Assembly: GCA_026025075.1 (NCBI GenBank) | Contig: JAPEUI010000070.1 | Span: 62,001-91,835 of the forward strand | From: Vezdaea acicularis | Lineage: Eukaryota | Reading direction: 5' to 3' | DNA length: 29,835 nucleotides | Shown here: positions 13,601-24,140 of the stretch, piece after piece | Position numbering within the stretch: position 1 is the stretch's first letter | How the letters are laid out: each line of letters begins with the position of its first letter | Notes under the pieces: generated by a model | The model's database searches: none | What the model saw: the letters and a program-made list of their open reading frames with translations, nothing else | Told to the model about the DNA's origin: nothing | Position numbers and translations under genes: made by a program

Positions 13601-15208
13601 CTAGCCGTGCCGCTCCAACCCCATCTACAGGCAGCACGGGTTCGTACTCTTCGTACAAAACAGCAGAAGAACGCGCGGCGTTCATCAAGCAGCAAGCAGA
13701 GCAACGCATGGCGGAGAGGCTGGCAGCACTCGGAATTCGCCCAATCAACCAGACTGGCGAAAGCGCAGCACAGCGGCAGGCGCGGGAGAAGAAGGAGCGT
13801 GAGGACAAGCTGCGACAAGCTGAAGAAGAAGACGCTAAGAGGGAACAAGAGCGTCAACGGAGAATCGCTGATGAACAAATTACTCCGCCTGTTGCCGCCA
13901 AGTCATCAGCTAAGAAGCCTCCCCCGCCTCCATCTCGGAAGGTCATAAAATCCGACGAGGACAGTAAACGGAAGCTGGAGGAAGATGCACGCAAGGCTGA
14001 ACAAGAGAGGGCATTAAGAGCGGAACAGGAGGCTCAAGAAGCTAAAAGACGCAGTATGGAGTAAGCTGGCCTATCTTCTTAAATGTTTTCTTTAGAGTAT
14101 GTATGCTAATTCTCGAAACAGAGAAGAGGAACGACGCCAAGAAGAGGAGCTAGTGAAAGAACGCGAAGCGTCCCAAGCTCGCCTTCGTGCTCTAGAAGAA
14201 CAAGTCAAGCAGGGTAAGGTGAAGAAAGAAGAGGAGAAGCGTAGGAGGCAAGCCTCTCAGCGTGAAGCAAAGGAGAAAGAGGCAAGACTTGCTGCTCAAC
14301 GCGCCGAGCTAGAGGCAGCACGAGAGCGTGAAAGGCAATTACAATTGCAACTTGAAGCGCAGGCACAGGAAGAGGACTCCTCAGATGATGAGGGGCCTCA
14401 GCAAATCACTCCTGAAGAGACTCCGACTACCAGCCAGGAGCTTCCGCGAGAACGTGTATCCCCTCCATCTGCGCCGCCCTCTATCCCCTCAATCCAAACG
14501 CCCTCTTCTCAGCCCACGAGTCCCCCACCGAGCGTCATCATCCCAGACACGGAAACCAAGAACCCCTTCCTAAAAATGGTGCAATCAAAAGACACCAAGG
14601 ACGACACCAAAGATCATACTCCCACCGCACCCACCCCTTCCGAAGTCTCCACCAACCCCTTCCACCGCGCCGCCACCAAAGCCGCTGCAGCCCCCAAGTC
14701 CCCTCCCTTAAACCCAATATCCATCAGCACGTCCGATATCCGCTCTCGCCGCACCCGTCCAGAAGAAGACGAATGGTCCGCCGTCGACTCCGACGCCGAC
14801 TCTTCCTCCGACGACGAGAGCTCCCCCCGCGGCGGCCCCAACGCCACACACCTCGCCTCCATCCTCTTCGGCACCATGGGCCCGCCCCGCCCCCTAAGCG
14901 CAATGGACAGCCCCAGGACACCTGAGCCGCACAGCAAGGACACCACCGGTATGGGCATGGCCACGCCCCCGCCCGCACCCCCAATGCCGACGTCTGGAGC
15001 GCCCCCACCAGCCCCGCCACCTCCTCCTCCGCCTTCCATGCCCGGCGCGCCTGGCGCACCGCCACCGCCCCCTCCGCCAATGCCGTCGGGTGGTGGGGCT
15101 CCGCCCGCGGTTGGAGCATTGCTGGGACAGATTGCGCAGGGGAAGAGTCTGAAGAAGGTGGAGACGAAAGATAGGAGTCAGGCTAGTACCGCCGGGAGGG
15201 TATTGTAG
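10681..15208 (+). CDS. PAN1: Endocytic scaffold Pan1 (two EH domains, coiled coil, NPF, acidic-W, poly-Pro, C-terminal WH2). Exons 10681-11218, 11269-11332, 11382-13436, 13488-14060, 14122-15208
   Basis: [27 protein letters not shown] motifs [20 protein letters not shown] and [20 protein letters not shown], QxTG repeats, two NPF, EEDEW, WH2 [21 protein letters not shown]. Four GT-AG introns of 49-61 nt. Confidence 0.95.
11722..11820 (+). repeat. Degenerate 21-nt coding tandem repeat (Q[A/P/Q]TGFQP, about 5 units) in PAN1
   Basis: caagcaacaggctttcaaccc / caaccgacaggctttcaacca / cagccgacaggcttccaacct / caagcgaccggcttccagcca / cagcaaactggattt. Confidence 0.85.
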
Positions 15209-15651
15209 ATGTATTTGCAGTCGTATCGCATAGAAGCAAAGGAGATTGAGGGGGGGAGGCTAAGAGTGATTGGGTCCCCCGTGACGTTTGAAGGGCTTTT
15301 TTGACGCGGGGCCTTGGTGGGAGAAAGTCCATGTACTCAGATTGTGTCAAATGCACATTTAGTCAGATTGCTCGGATTAGCCATTCATTTGCATTCATGA
15401 CGTCGTTTTGGATGCAGAAGAGTGTGTATTGTCTCTACATCCCTGCCAAAAGGTCCTAGACTACACTGCCTTAGACAGACAATGCAGCCAGACGGATCGG
15501 CGTGTATTTCTATTGAGGTTTACATTAAACCCAAACCCAGAGTGCCTCCAGCGCCAGCCATTGCGCCCATTTTCTAATGCTCCGAGCACGAACGCCATAA
15601 GCTCAAAGCAGTCCGCAAGGGCAGCCGCACGTAGGAGATCCTGTGACGGAT

Positions 15652-16688
15652 CTAATATCCTCCTGCCTCACCACCGTTCCCGGCATCGTTCGCCATCTCC
15701 TGCTTCTTGAGCTCCCATTCGCGCGTGAACTGGGTCCCGAGGGCGCTCAGATCCTGGACGATTTCCCTGCAGGCTTGGGTAAGTGCTTGTTTGGGGGTGA
15801 TGGAGCCGTCGGTCTGGACGCGGAGCTCGAAGGTGGCGGTGAGGGGATGGGGGACTCTGTAGCCGGCGAAAGTGACAACGTCGTTTCGGAGGAGGCGGGC
15901 ACGGAGTAGGTTGCCGAGGGTGTGGTCTTCAGCGTTGAACGTGAACAGGGTAGAATTTGGAATGCCTTTGATGAGATTTTAGTCATGAAAGCGGCAGAGT
16001 CAGGGTTGATGAGAAACATACGAGTATCCGGCTCCTCTGTCACTTTCTTTTGGCCCTCTTGAAGCAAAAAAAGCTCGAACCTATCAGGCGTATTAGTCTC
16101 CATTGAACTCCTTATTGTACCATGAACGTTATAGGCCCGCTCCCGGTACCAGATCCTATCCGGATCGAAGCGGTCCATGTCCGGTCCCAGATGGTTGTAG
16201 TTACGATCGATCATCTCGTCCTCGTTGGTAAAGAGCTCAGATTTCATGTAGGTTGTACGGTCCACATTGTCGTCAATTTTAGCAGGAGAAGGAGACATGC
16301 TGCCTGGAGCGCCTCTCTTGTCGACGGCAGAATCTGTAATAACAGATGGTGACGAGACATCATTTAACGAGACCACATTGCCAGAGGTAGATCCGCCCCA
16401 GGTTGGAGACCCAGGAGGCTCTATAACTGCGTCACCATCACCGGCACCGCCACCCCATGCATCGGAAGTAGGGGAGCCAGCAGTTGTATCTGCCTCGCCA
16501 AGTCCGCCCCAAGTAGGAGATATTGGCAACGGTACAGAGGCGGCGTCCTGCGGAGGAGAAGTTGGATTTGCAGAGTTCTGTTGACTGGGCGAGCTAGATC
16601 CGTGACGCGCCGCGGCGACTTGGCGAAGATGTAAAGGCAGTGAGCCTAGTGGACGGGCACGCTCCGGAGAGTGGGGATCCTGAGGCAT
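15652..16688 (-). CDS. RPB11: RNA polymerase II subunit Rpb11, open reading frame with long N-terminal extension. Exons 16688-16022, 15965-15652 (326 aa if the first ATG is used; canonical core from ATG 16103)
   Basis: NTPDRFELFLLQEGQKKVTEEPDT|RIPNSTLFTFNAEDHTLGNLLRARL...FAGYRVPHPL...LRVQTDGSITPKQAL...FTREWELKK. Intron 16021-15966 (GTATGT..ACTAAA..AAG). Start codon uncertain. Confidence 0.88.
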
Positions 16689-17550
16689 TCTGAATGAAGG
16701 CCACCAGAAGCTTGATTGTAGTTCGAAAATCTGTATATTCGAAAGGAAGCAATGGATGTCGGGAGGTGCAGGGTATGAGTGAAGAACCTGCTACGGTGCT
16801 CTCGTGGATTCCGGTTGATAGGGTAGAGCGCAGAATAAAGAAAGCCGGTCGGAGTTTTGAAGATTTTGCCAGGTGTTTCGAACTTGGGCGGAAAGGCAGA
16901 AAATGGACCCAAGGGCAGGAGCCCTGAAAGAGTCCCGTGCAGGTGTTTGCCCTTGAAGGCCTTGACGCCAGCGGACCAATATCGCATCAAAGAAAAATAA
17001 ACAGAAAAGGCACCAGGTTCGTTCTTAGATTAAGAACATAATTATTTGCCAGACAGGAAAACAAGTCGACCTTTTACAAAGCCATCGATTTTAACGGTTA
17101 CAGTCACCCGGCTCAGCGTTCAGCGGGTACAGGATGCACAACGCTGGCAGTCCCGTTGATGATTCGTATATGTCTGAGCCCCTCGGTCCCTGGCAGCGTC
17201 CGGCATATTACTACAAACCAAGGGAAACATACTGACCTGTCCGGAGCGTTCATACTGGCTTAGCCCAGGCTGAGCCACAAAGCTATAGCAAGGGATCTGT
17301 AGCAGCAGCCACCAAACAAAGTGCACCTGGTTCTTCTGCTTTTCACGCAAGTTCTCTTGTATTCGTGTACGGCAAGGCAGGAAGGCTGCACTGTTTCTGT
17401 AAGAGCAAGTGATACTAGAGACTGTGAAGCAAAGGGAACGTGATCTGCTAATGTACAAAGAGTGCAAAAATTGGTTGGAGTTCCTTTCTCGTTCTTAGCC
17501 GAATGGTGTTGGCTCACAAGCTGTGCGCCGACGCTCGCCAACACTCTACT

Positions 17551-18078
17551 CTAAGTACCCGCTTCACCCGGACCATCGCCACCTGGTATTAACTGTAAGG
17601 ACTATTAGAGGGGCATTCTTCGAAAGCGTTGCGCTAGTAACCGACCATGCAAATGTTGTTCCCGTTGAGGAGGATCTTGTCAAGCTTGGCACTTGATCCA
17701 GAATAGTCACTTCTACGTATTAGTAGCGAACCATACCATCTTTGTCAGGTACTCACAATTCGGTGACATCTTCAAGGACCATGTCTGGTGACTAAGTTAA
17801 GCCCGAGGACAAGGTTGAAACGGCAAGATATCACTCACTAACGTAATCGTCAAACCCCAATAACGTTCCACTGAACTCTGTATATATGGATTATTAAGTG
17901 TATCCCCTTAGCATTCATACAGTAACTTCAGTACCTTTGTCGCCCTTCATGACAACCCAGATTTTAGAGCCAACGCACTTGTCAATGAGTTCTACAAGCG
18001 CGAAATGCACGTCAGCACCGATTCTGTTGGTAAGAAAGTTGAGAGCATCAAACCTAGAGGAAGCAGTTGTGAAGCCAT
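17551..18078 (-). CDS. LSM5: Sm-like protein Lsm5 (84 aa, 6 exons: 18078-18054, 17991-17935, 17877-17839, 17784-17757, 17709-17646, 17592-17551)
   Basis: Spliced product [84 protein letters not shown]. Exons total 255 nt. Five GT-AG introns of 47-62 nt. Confidence 0.95.
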
Positions 18079-18344
18079 AGCAGATTATCTGGCGCTTCAA
18101 CGAAGCACGATTTAATAAAGTGGAGTTGGTCGGGCTTTTCAGAAAATACTCGTACGTTTATCAGCTCGGATGTCCTGATTGGTTCTCGCCTTTCATGTCT
18201 TGCTTAGCGGCGGAGTTTGACTTCGGTCGGCGAACACCATCATTCGCCCGTTCAGCGTACAGGCAGCAGGCAAAACAAAGCTACCACATGAGCGCGTAGC
18301 ACATCCCATGGCTGTATCTAGGTCCCCAGGAAGCTGCGAGATAT

Positions 18345-20134
18345 ATGGCCACGGGTGCCATGAGCTCCTCTCGAAATTTGGCTTCAAGAGTGAGCAAATC
18401 GATCAAAAGGGTTGCCCCTTCGTTAGACGGCGCCATCAGTTCAAAGCCGAGAGCAGCAAGTCGACCTAGCGACATGCAAGAAGTATCAGAACAACATGAA
18501 AGCGGACCCTCTGGGCTGTAAGCGTATCCAATTATACGGAGATTTTCTTTGAGCTTTCACCTGATTGTCTGTACAGAGATCATAAATGCAGACGCACCCG
18601 CTCGATAGTGTTGAACAATTACACGTGGGAGACCTCCAATGGCATCAATTTTGGTGGCACCAAGTCGTCTAAGGCTTCATACTCGTCATGGACGCAAGAG
18701 ATAGGCAAAAAGCTCGTTTCGTCGGAGATACATGTCACGGAAGTGCTCTCAGGTCTCAAGAGTGCTCCAAGCAAATCAAGCCAAGGAACCAGCATTAATC
18801 AGGAAGCACGAACATCCGAGATCCTTAGTCGTCCGCCAAACTTGCATACGGAAGGCAGTAATGATCAGGGCCTTCACAATGGCCAACAAAAATTTCGCAT
18901 TCCAGAGCAGACCTTACGAAATGCGATGAACACGTCGCCCAATTGTGCTGCTCACTATTGGCAATACAACATGTATGAAGGGCCAAAAGGAGAGAAAGTA
19001 AAGGTGCACTACTGTAAGAGCAAGGAGACATCTGAGCGTGTGGCCCAGTCTTTCCTCAACGAGACTCTTCTTGGCTTCGACATTGAGTGGAAGCCGCAAG
19101 TAACTGCTCAGGAGGGCATCCGAAAAAACGTTTCTCTAGTGCAGTTGGCAGCGGAAGACCGTATCGCATTATTCCACATAGGTGTGTTCGCGAAAGGGGA
19201 CACCATAGAAGAAATTCTAGCCCCATCCCTACGGCGGATCATGGAGACCTCCTCGATCATGAAGGTCGGCGTTTCTGTGAAGGCGGATTGCACCCGTCTT
19301 CGGAGAATCTTGGGAATTGACTCGAAGGGGCTTTTCGAGTTGAGTCACCTGCACAAACTTGTCAAGTACGGGGCGAAAGAGCCGAAAAAGGTCAACAAAC
19401 GCTTGATCTCGCTTGCACAACAAGTAGAAGAGCATTTGCAGCTCCCTCTGTGGAAGGGTGAAGTCCGATCAAGTGATTGGAGTCAGGCGCTGGACAGGCA
19501 GCAAATCAACTATGCAGCATCAGATTCGTATGCGGGCTGGCAGCTTTTCCACGCCCTCGAAGCAAAGCGGCTGGCTATGAACCCATGCCCGCCTCGTCCA
19601 GCACACGCTGAGCTGAACGTGCCAATCCGTTTACCAGATGGTGCACTTATCTGCGATCCTTCACCTGAAGAGCAGGATGAAGAGTTGGCGGAGGATGGCA
19701 ATAGCAGTGAAGGGCCCACGATCGAAAGCATGGCTCGAGACTTCATGCAGATTGCAGATCAAGCGCCTGTGATTCTAGAAGATGAAGCTGCCACCAGAGC
19801 TCCTCGGACTGGCAAAGCGCCCGAGGTGGTCAGAGCCGATGACTGGGTGGAAGCGTGGAAGGCAAGATTGGCGGCGTCACGCAACTGTCAAGCCTCGCCA
19901 GCGTACCTACGAGCATATTCTCTGTGGCATGTACAGGGCTGGACGGTATCGGAGTGTGCGGCTCTTTTGCGCGATCCACCCCTCCAGCATTCGACCGTGA
20001 CGAGCTATATTCTCGAGGCCATAAGGATAGAGAAGCTCGACTATGACCCTCCCCGGCTCAAGGAAGTGGTCAACCAGATACCTGGACACGTGCTGGAGAA
20101 CCGATATAAATATATTAAAAGGCGGTTATCGTGA
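18345..20134 (+). CDS. DEDDy 3'-5' exonuclease, WRN-exo/EXD2-like, with C-terminal helix-turn-helix-like region. Proposed exons 18345-18517, 18577-20134
   Basis: ExoI LGFDIEW, ExoII VKADCTRL, ExoIII YAASDSY and SDWS motif. The long ORF begins with GTG, not ATG. Intron 18518-18576 (GTAAGC..CCTGAT..CAG) joins an ATG-bearing upstream exon in frame. Exact start (18345, 18360 or 18474) uncertain. Confidence 0.82.
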
Positions 20135-20596
20135 ATTCGGAGTATGGGTCTCTCCAAACATTAGCGTTAAAGGTAGGAGTTTAGGGTAAAGGGTTATTTC
20201 AGGCTCTTTTGCAAGAGATATACTTTGCATATTCGGGCAGGATGATCCCGAGATACACGCGTATAGTTTTCGCCGTCGTTTTCAACGTCGTCTACAATGA
20301 CATAGAGAAGCACTGCTTAAGTGTGAGGGTCCTATGGACGGTCAAGTTGCCGTGCCATTGCCATTATGTGCACGCTAGGTTTCTTTCCTGACTATATGTC
20401 ATATATCATGTCGTGGCCTTATTCACCTCACTATATACGAATTGAGACCCGAGGGGCCACGATGAATGAGTCTATACAGAGCATAGCTCTCTTACTTCCA
20501 AGAAATCGGGACACCATGAAAAAGATACTATACTGCGCCGTCCTACTTGATCAAAGGCTCATTACCACGCATGCAGTCCTCAAGCAAACCAGCCCT

Positions 20597-21021
20597 TCAA
20601 GCCAACGCATTCGGGAAGCTCGCATTGACAGCAGCCATCTTCTCCTTGACCGCGGTCCCGAAATCGATCGGCTGTGTTGGGTCTCCTCCCGTCATCATCG
20701 CCGTCTTGCCTGTAGTATCCGTGATGAGGAGCTCGCTCAATTGACAGCGACCTGCAACGTCGTTGTAGGTTTCGGCCTTCTTGGCGGCGCTGGGGAGCTC
20801 GTCGAGGCTCTGCAACATGCTGTGCGAGCGCTTGATGAAGTCGTGCGTGAAGAAGAGCGTTTTGGGGGGGTTGGGTGGGGTCCATTTGGGATGCTGCTCG
20901 ATGGCGCTGTGGGGTGTTAGTTGGGGTTTGAGGGTTCGCCGCTGTGAAGGGCAAATCACTCAATGACTTCTCCGAGCTTGGAGGTGATGTTGTCGAGGGT
21001 TTCTTTGTTGGGGAGAGGCAT
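20597..21021 (-). CDS. Uncharacterised 123-aa protein. Exons 21021-20960, 20906-20597
   Basis: CCACC-ATG context, strong C-ending codon bias. Intron 20959-20907 (GTGATT..ACTAAC..CAG) joins MPLPNKETLDNITSKLGEVID to AIEQHPKWTPPNPP...FPNALA* in frame. Confidence 0.75.
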
Positions 21022-21119
21022 GGTGGGTTCTTGTTCGCTTTTGGTGTTTCTGGACAAATATAGGGTTTGATTATGGGCAATGTGAATGTCAGTCGTGGCA
21101 CAGTGGGTTGCAATTGAGG

Positions 21120-21125
21120 TTTATA
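21120..21125 (-). promoter_or_regulatory. Putative TATA box of the 123-aa gene
   Basis: TATAAA on the minus strand ~100 nt upstream of ATG 21021, followed by a C/A-rich leader. Confidence 0.4.
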
Positions 21126-21621
21126 CTTGTGCTTCGATTGATCGCAGACTAGCGGTGTAAGTAGCAGCTTGTTGGGTAAAGCTAGGAAATGACGTTTTCT
21201 TCACCACAGATTTTACACTAGATCTGTAGTTTGTAGATCGTTTACTTACCGTGATCCGCCTCAGGCTTCATTAGTCGGGCACAGAAGTCTTGCTGATGCT
21301 GTGACCCTTCCTAGCAAGCACAGCATCTTGAATTTCCTCCTAGCAATAAAGCAGTCACTTCAAACCTTCTCTTTCACCAAGAATGTCCTTATTTGAAGGA
21401 CTAGATGCAAGATCTAGCTAGAATCCAGAGCTTGCAACCCTTCTTATACCTGCAGCTTCGATAACAGGTTCTGCCGGACAGGGTCTCATAAGCGAGAGCG
21501 GTCAAGGTCTTGGCAGGCACACGCAACTGCGGAGCTCCCAAGAAAGTTTCCATGGCTCCTATAGCTTCTACCACCGTCAGTTGACTGCGACTCAATTGAC
21601 CCTCTGGTACCTTGCGAAGCC

Positions 21622-23331
21622 ATGTCGAAAGCCCAATCGACTGCCTCCGAGGAGTCTTTCGAGTTCATTGAGACTCCACCAGCACCGTCAACTCCGCAAC
21701 AGTACGAGGACTGCGGCGTACGAACGACTCGCGTGAGTGTTTTCTTTCTCCCCTTAGCGGTGCATGTTATTTTCAACTTTACAGCAACTGACGGAGATGT
21801 CATAGTATCCTGCAATTAAGAATGCTCCTCTCCCTGCCGACGCTGCCGGCAGCGATTCCTTCAATAATGCCGTCCTTATTACACTCCTTGCTCTTGTACC
21901 ACTCTGGCTCGCCTGGAAAGTAGGCGGCGGCACTAAAACATGGGTGTTCTTTGCTCTCTTCACCTCAATCCCCATTCTGATGGTCTTCTGGACTGTCGCG
22001 TCTAGTCTATCCCCGCGTAAAAATGAAAAGGTTAAATATCCTGGGAAAGGGGTTGAGCATTATTTGCACTTCAAATCAGAGGGGGACAGGCTGAAGTATA
22101 AGGGTAAAAGCAAGATCCCTATGGAGACGTTCCATGAGATGTACTTCGATGGCAAAGTGGACTTCAAAGGTGACGCTCTAGAAGTAATGGAGTATCGTCA
22201 CGATTGGGCAAGCTTTAGGTTCACCCTAAGCCTTTACTGGTTCTTCTTAACTGGCATGATGCCCGAAGTGATTATGCATACTCGTTCTCAGGGTTCGTTT
22301 GTCCTGCTGTCCAATTCAAGGCCATAATCTGACAAATTCCAGATGAGGAGCAAGTTCGTGACCATTATGACCGAGGCGACGACTTCTACAGCTGGTTCCT
22401 TGGCCCACGCATGATCTACACCAGTGGCATTATTAGCGACATCAACACTGAGGAAAGTCTTGAGCAGCTTCAGGATAATAAAGTTTCCATTGTCTGTGAA
22501 AAGATTGGGCTCAAAGCAGGCGAGAAGCTCCTCGATATTGGTTGTGGCTGGGGAACACTCGCCAAGTTTGCCTCCGTCAATTATGGCGCTCATGCTACTG
22601 GCATCACCTTGGGTCGAAATCAGACCGCATGGGGGAACAACGGTCTTCGCAAAGCAGGCATACCAGAAGAACAAAGCAAGATTTTGTGCATGGACTATCG
22701 TGATATTCCGATTCCAGAGGGCGGCTACAACAAAATCACATGCTTGGAAATGGCCGAACATGTTGGCGTACGGCACTTCTCTACCTTCCTGAAACAAGTC
22801 CACGACATGATGGATGATGACGGTGTATTTTTTCTCCAATATGCCGGCATCCGAAAGTCTTGGCAGTACGAAGACCTCATCTGGGGTCTATTCATGAACA
22901 GATACATATTCCCTGGTGCTGACGCATCAACGCCGTTAGGCTGGGTCGTGGATAAGCTAGAGGGCGCTGGTTTTGAGGTCAAACAAATCGACACCATGGG
23001 CGTGCACTACAGCGCCACACTTTGGAGATGGTATAGGAATTGGATGGGCAACAGGGACAAAGTCGAGGCCAAGTATGGGGCTCGATGGTTCCGCGTAAGC
23101 CATTTAACCCTGGATATGTGATACTTTGTTACTAACAGTTACTGACAGATCTGGGAATACTTTCTCGCCTACTCGACGATCATCGTCCGCCAGGGCTCTG
23201 CGGCTTGTTATCAACTCACCATGGTCAAGAACTTGAACTCGACTCATCGTGTCGAAGGCATCCCCACCCAGTTCAGTCTCAGCGGCGCCCTCCAAAGCGG
23301 GAAAGCTACTATTGCCAGGGGCAAGAAATGA
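21622..23331 (+). CDS. Sphingolipid (glucosylceramide) C9-methyltransferase, CFA-synthase family. Exons 21622-21732, 21806-22292, 22343-23094, 23149-23331
   Basis: YPAIKNAPLPAD, two N-terminal TM segments, HTRSQDEEQVRDHYDRGDDFYSWFLGPRMIYTSG, SAM motif LLDIGCGWGTL, YIFPGADAS, HYSATLWRW. Three GT-AG introns. Confidence 0.92.
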
Positions 23332-24140
23332 AGGAGATGTAAGATCACGCACCATGAGGTTGTGTGCCAAGCAATGGCATGTTTTGCCATGCAAAGTAGA
23401 TGGCGGCTCGATCGATTTGAACAAAAATATGGCCTTGACCTTTTACAAGGGTGGAGACCAGGACATTAGCTATTTTTCTTGAAATGTAGTTGCGTCATTT
23501 TGGTAGCTCTATGGATGTATGTCGTCGCTTGAAGACCATGTTTCGTGATAAGCTGGGTACCGTCCTAAAGCCCCTTTCTAGAGTTGCGGCGCAGTACCTG
23601 CTATGCGGAATCATGGCCTCTCAAGAAGTCCTCCCTCATGGTAGCTCCATGGTAGAAAAATCACCATCCATTAAGAGGATTGACCTCAGACCCATATTCC
23701 CCCCACACACACGCAACTTGGCAGCGGTCTTTCAGAGATAGGTTCATACCGCTAGTCCCTTCCACACTACAGCCCCATCGACTTCACATCTACAGGAGCA
23801 GATCAAGCACGAGCACGATGTAAGAAGAGAGGAGCGTACGGGGGAAAGGATTTCCATATGATGGGATTAAAGAAGCTATATCAAGAGAGCGTGAACAAAA
23901 AAACAAAAAAAGGGGGCAAGAAGCCGATGGATGCAGATAACCAACCCAGGGGAGAAGAAAAAAAGAACAAACGCGGTTCCATGCAACCCAAGTTCCAGCA
24001 CAACCCGAATGCAGATGGAAGACGAAAAGAGAGCCTGAGAAAGTTCAGGCTATGGTCTAGAACGCCCTGTAATGCGACGCAACACTTCCCCCTCCTCCGC
24101 TGCTTTTCTCTCCTTGTTTTTCTCTCCTCGGTCGGTACGG

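Noticed and set aside
15747..15965. C-terminal part of the 313-aa ORF-track protein
   Set aside because: Artefact of reading through the 56-nt intron; the conserved Rpb11 sequence is in another frame.
16694..17544. Several 60-115 aa ORFs between RPB11 and LSM5
   Set aside because: No motifs, codon bias or coherent splice model; likely promoter and 3' UTR sequence.
20366..21113. 184-aa (+) and 177-aa (-) ORFs
   Set aside because: Antisense or alternative-frame shadows of the spliced 123-aa gene, with non-ATG starts and no recognisable motifs.
21243..21250. TACTTACC resembling the U1 snRNA 5' end
   Set aside because: No U1 stem-loop I/II motifs or Sm site follow; it is equally a chance or minus-strand donor motif.
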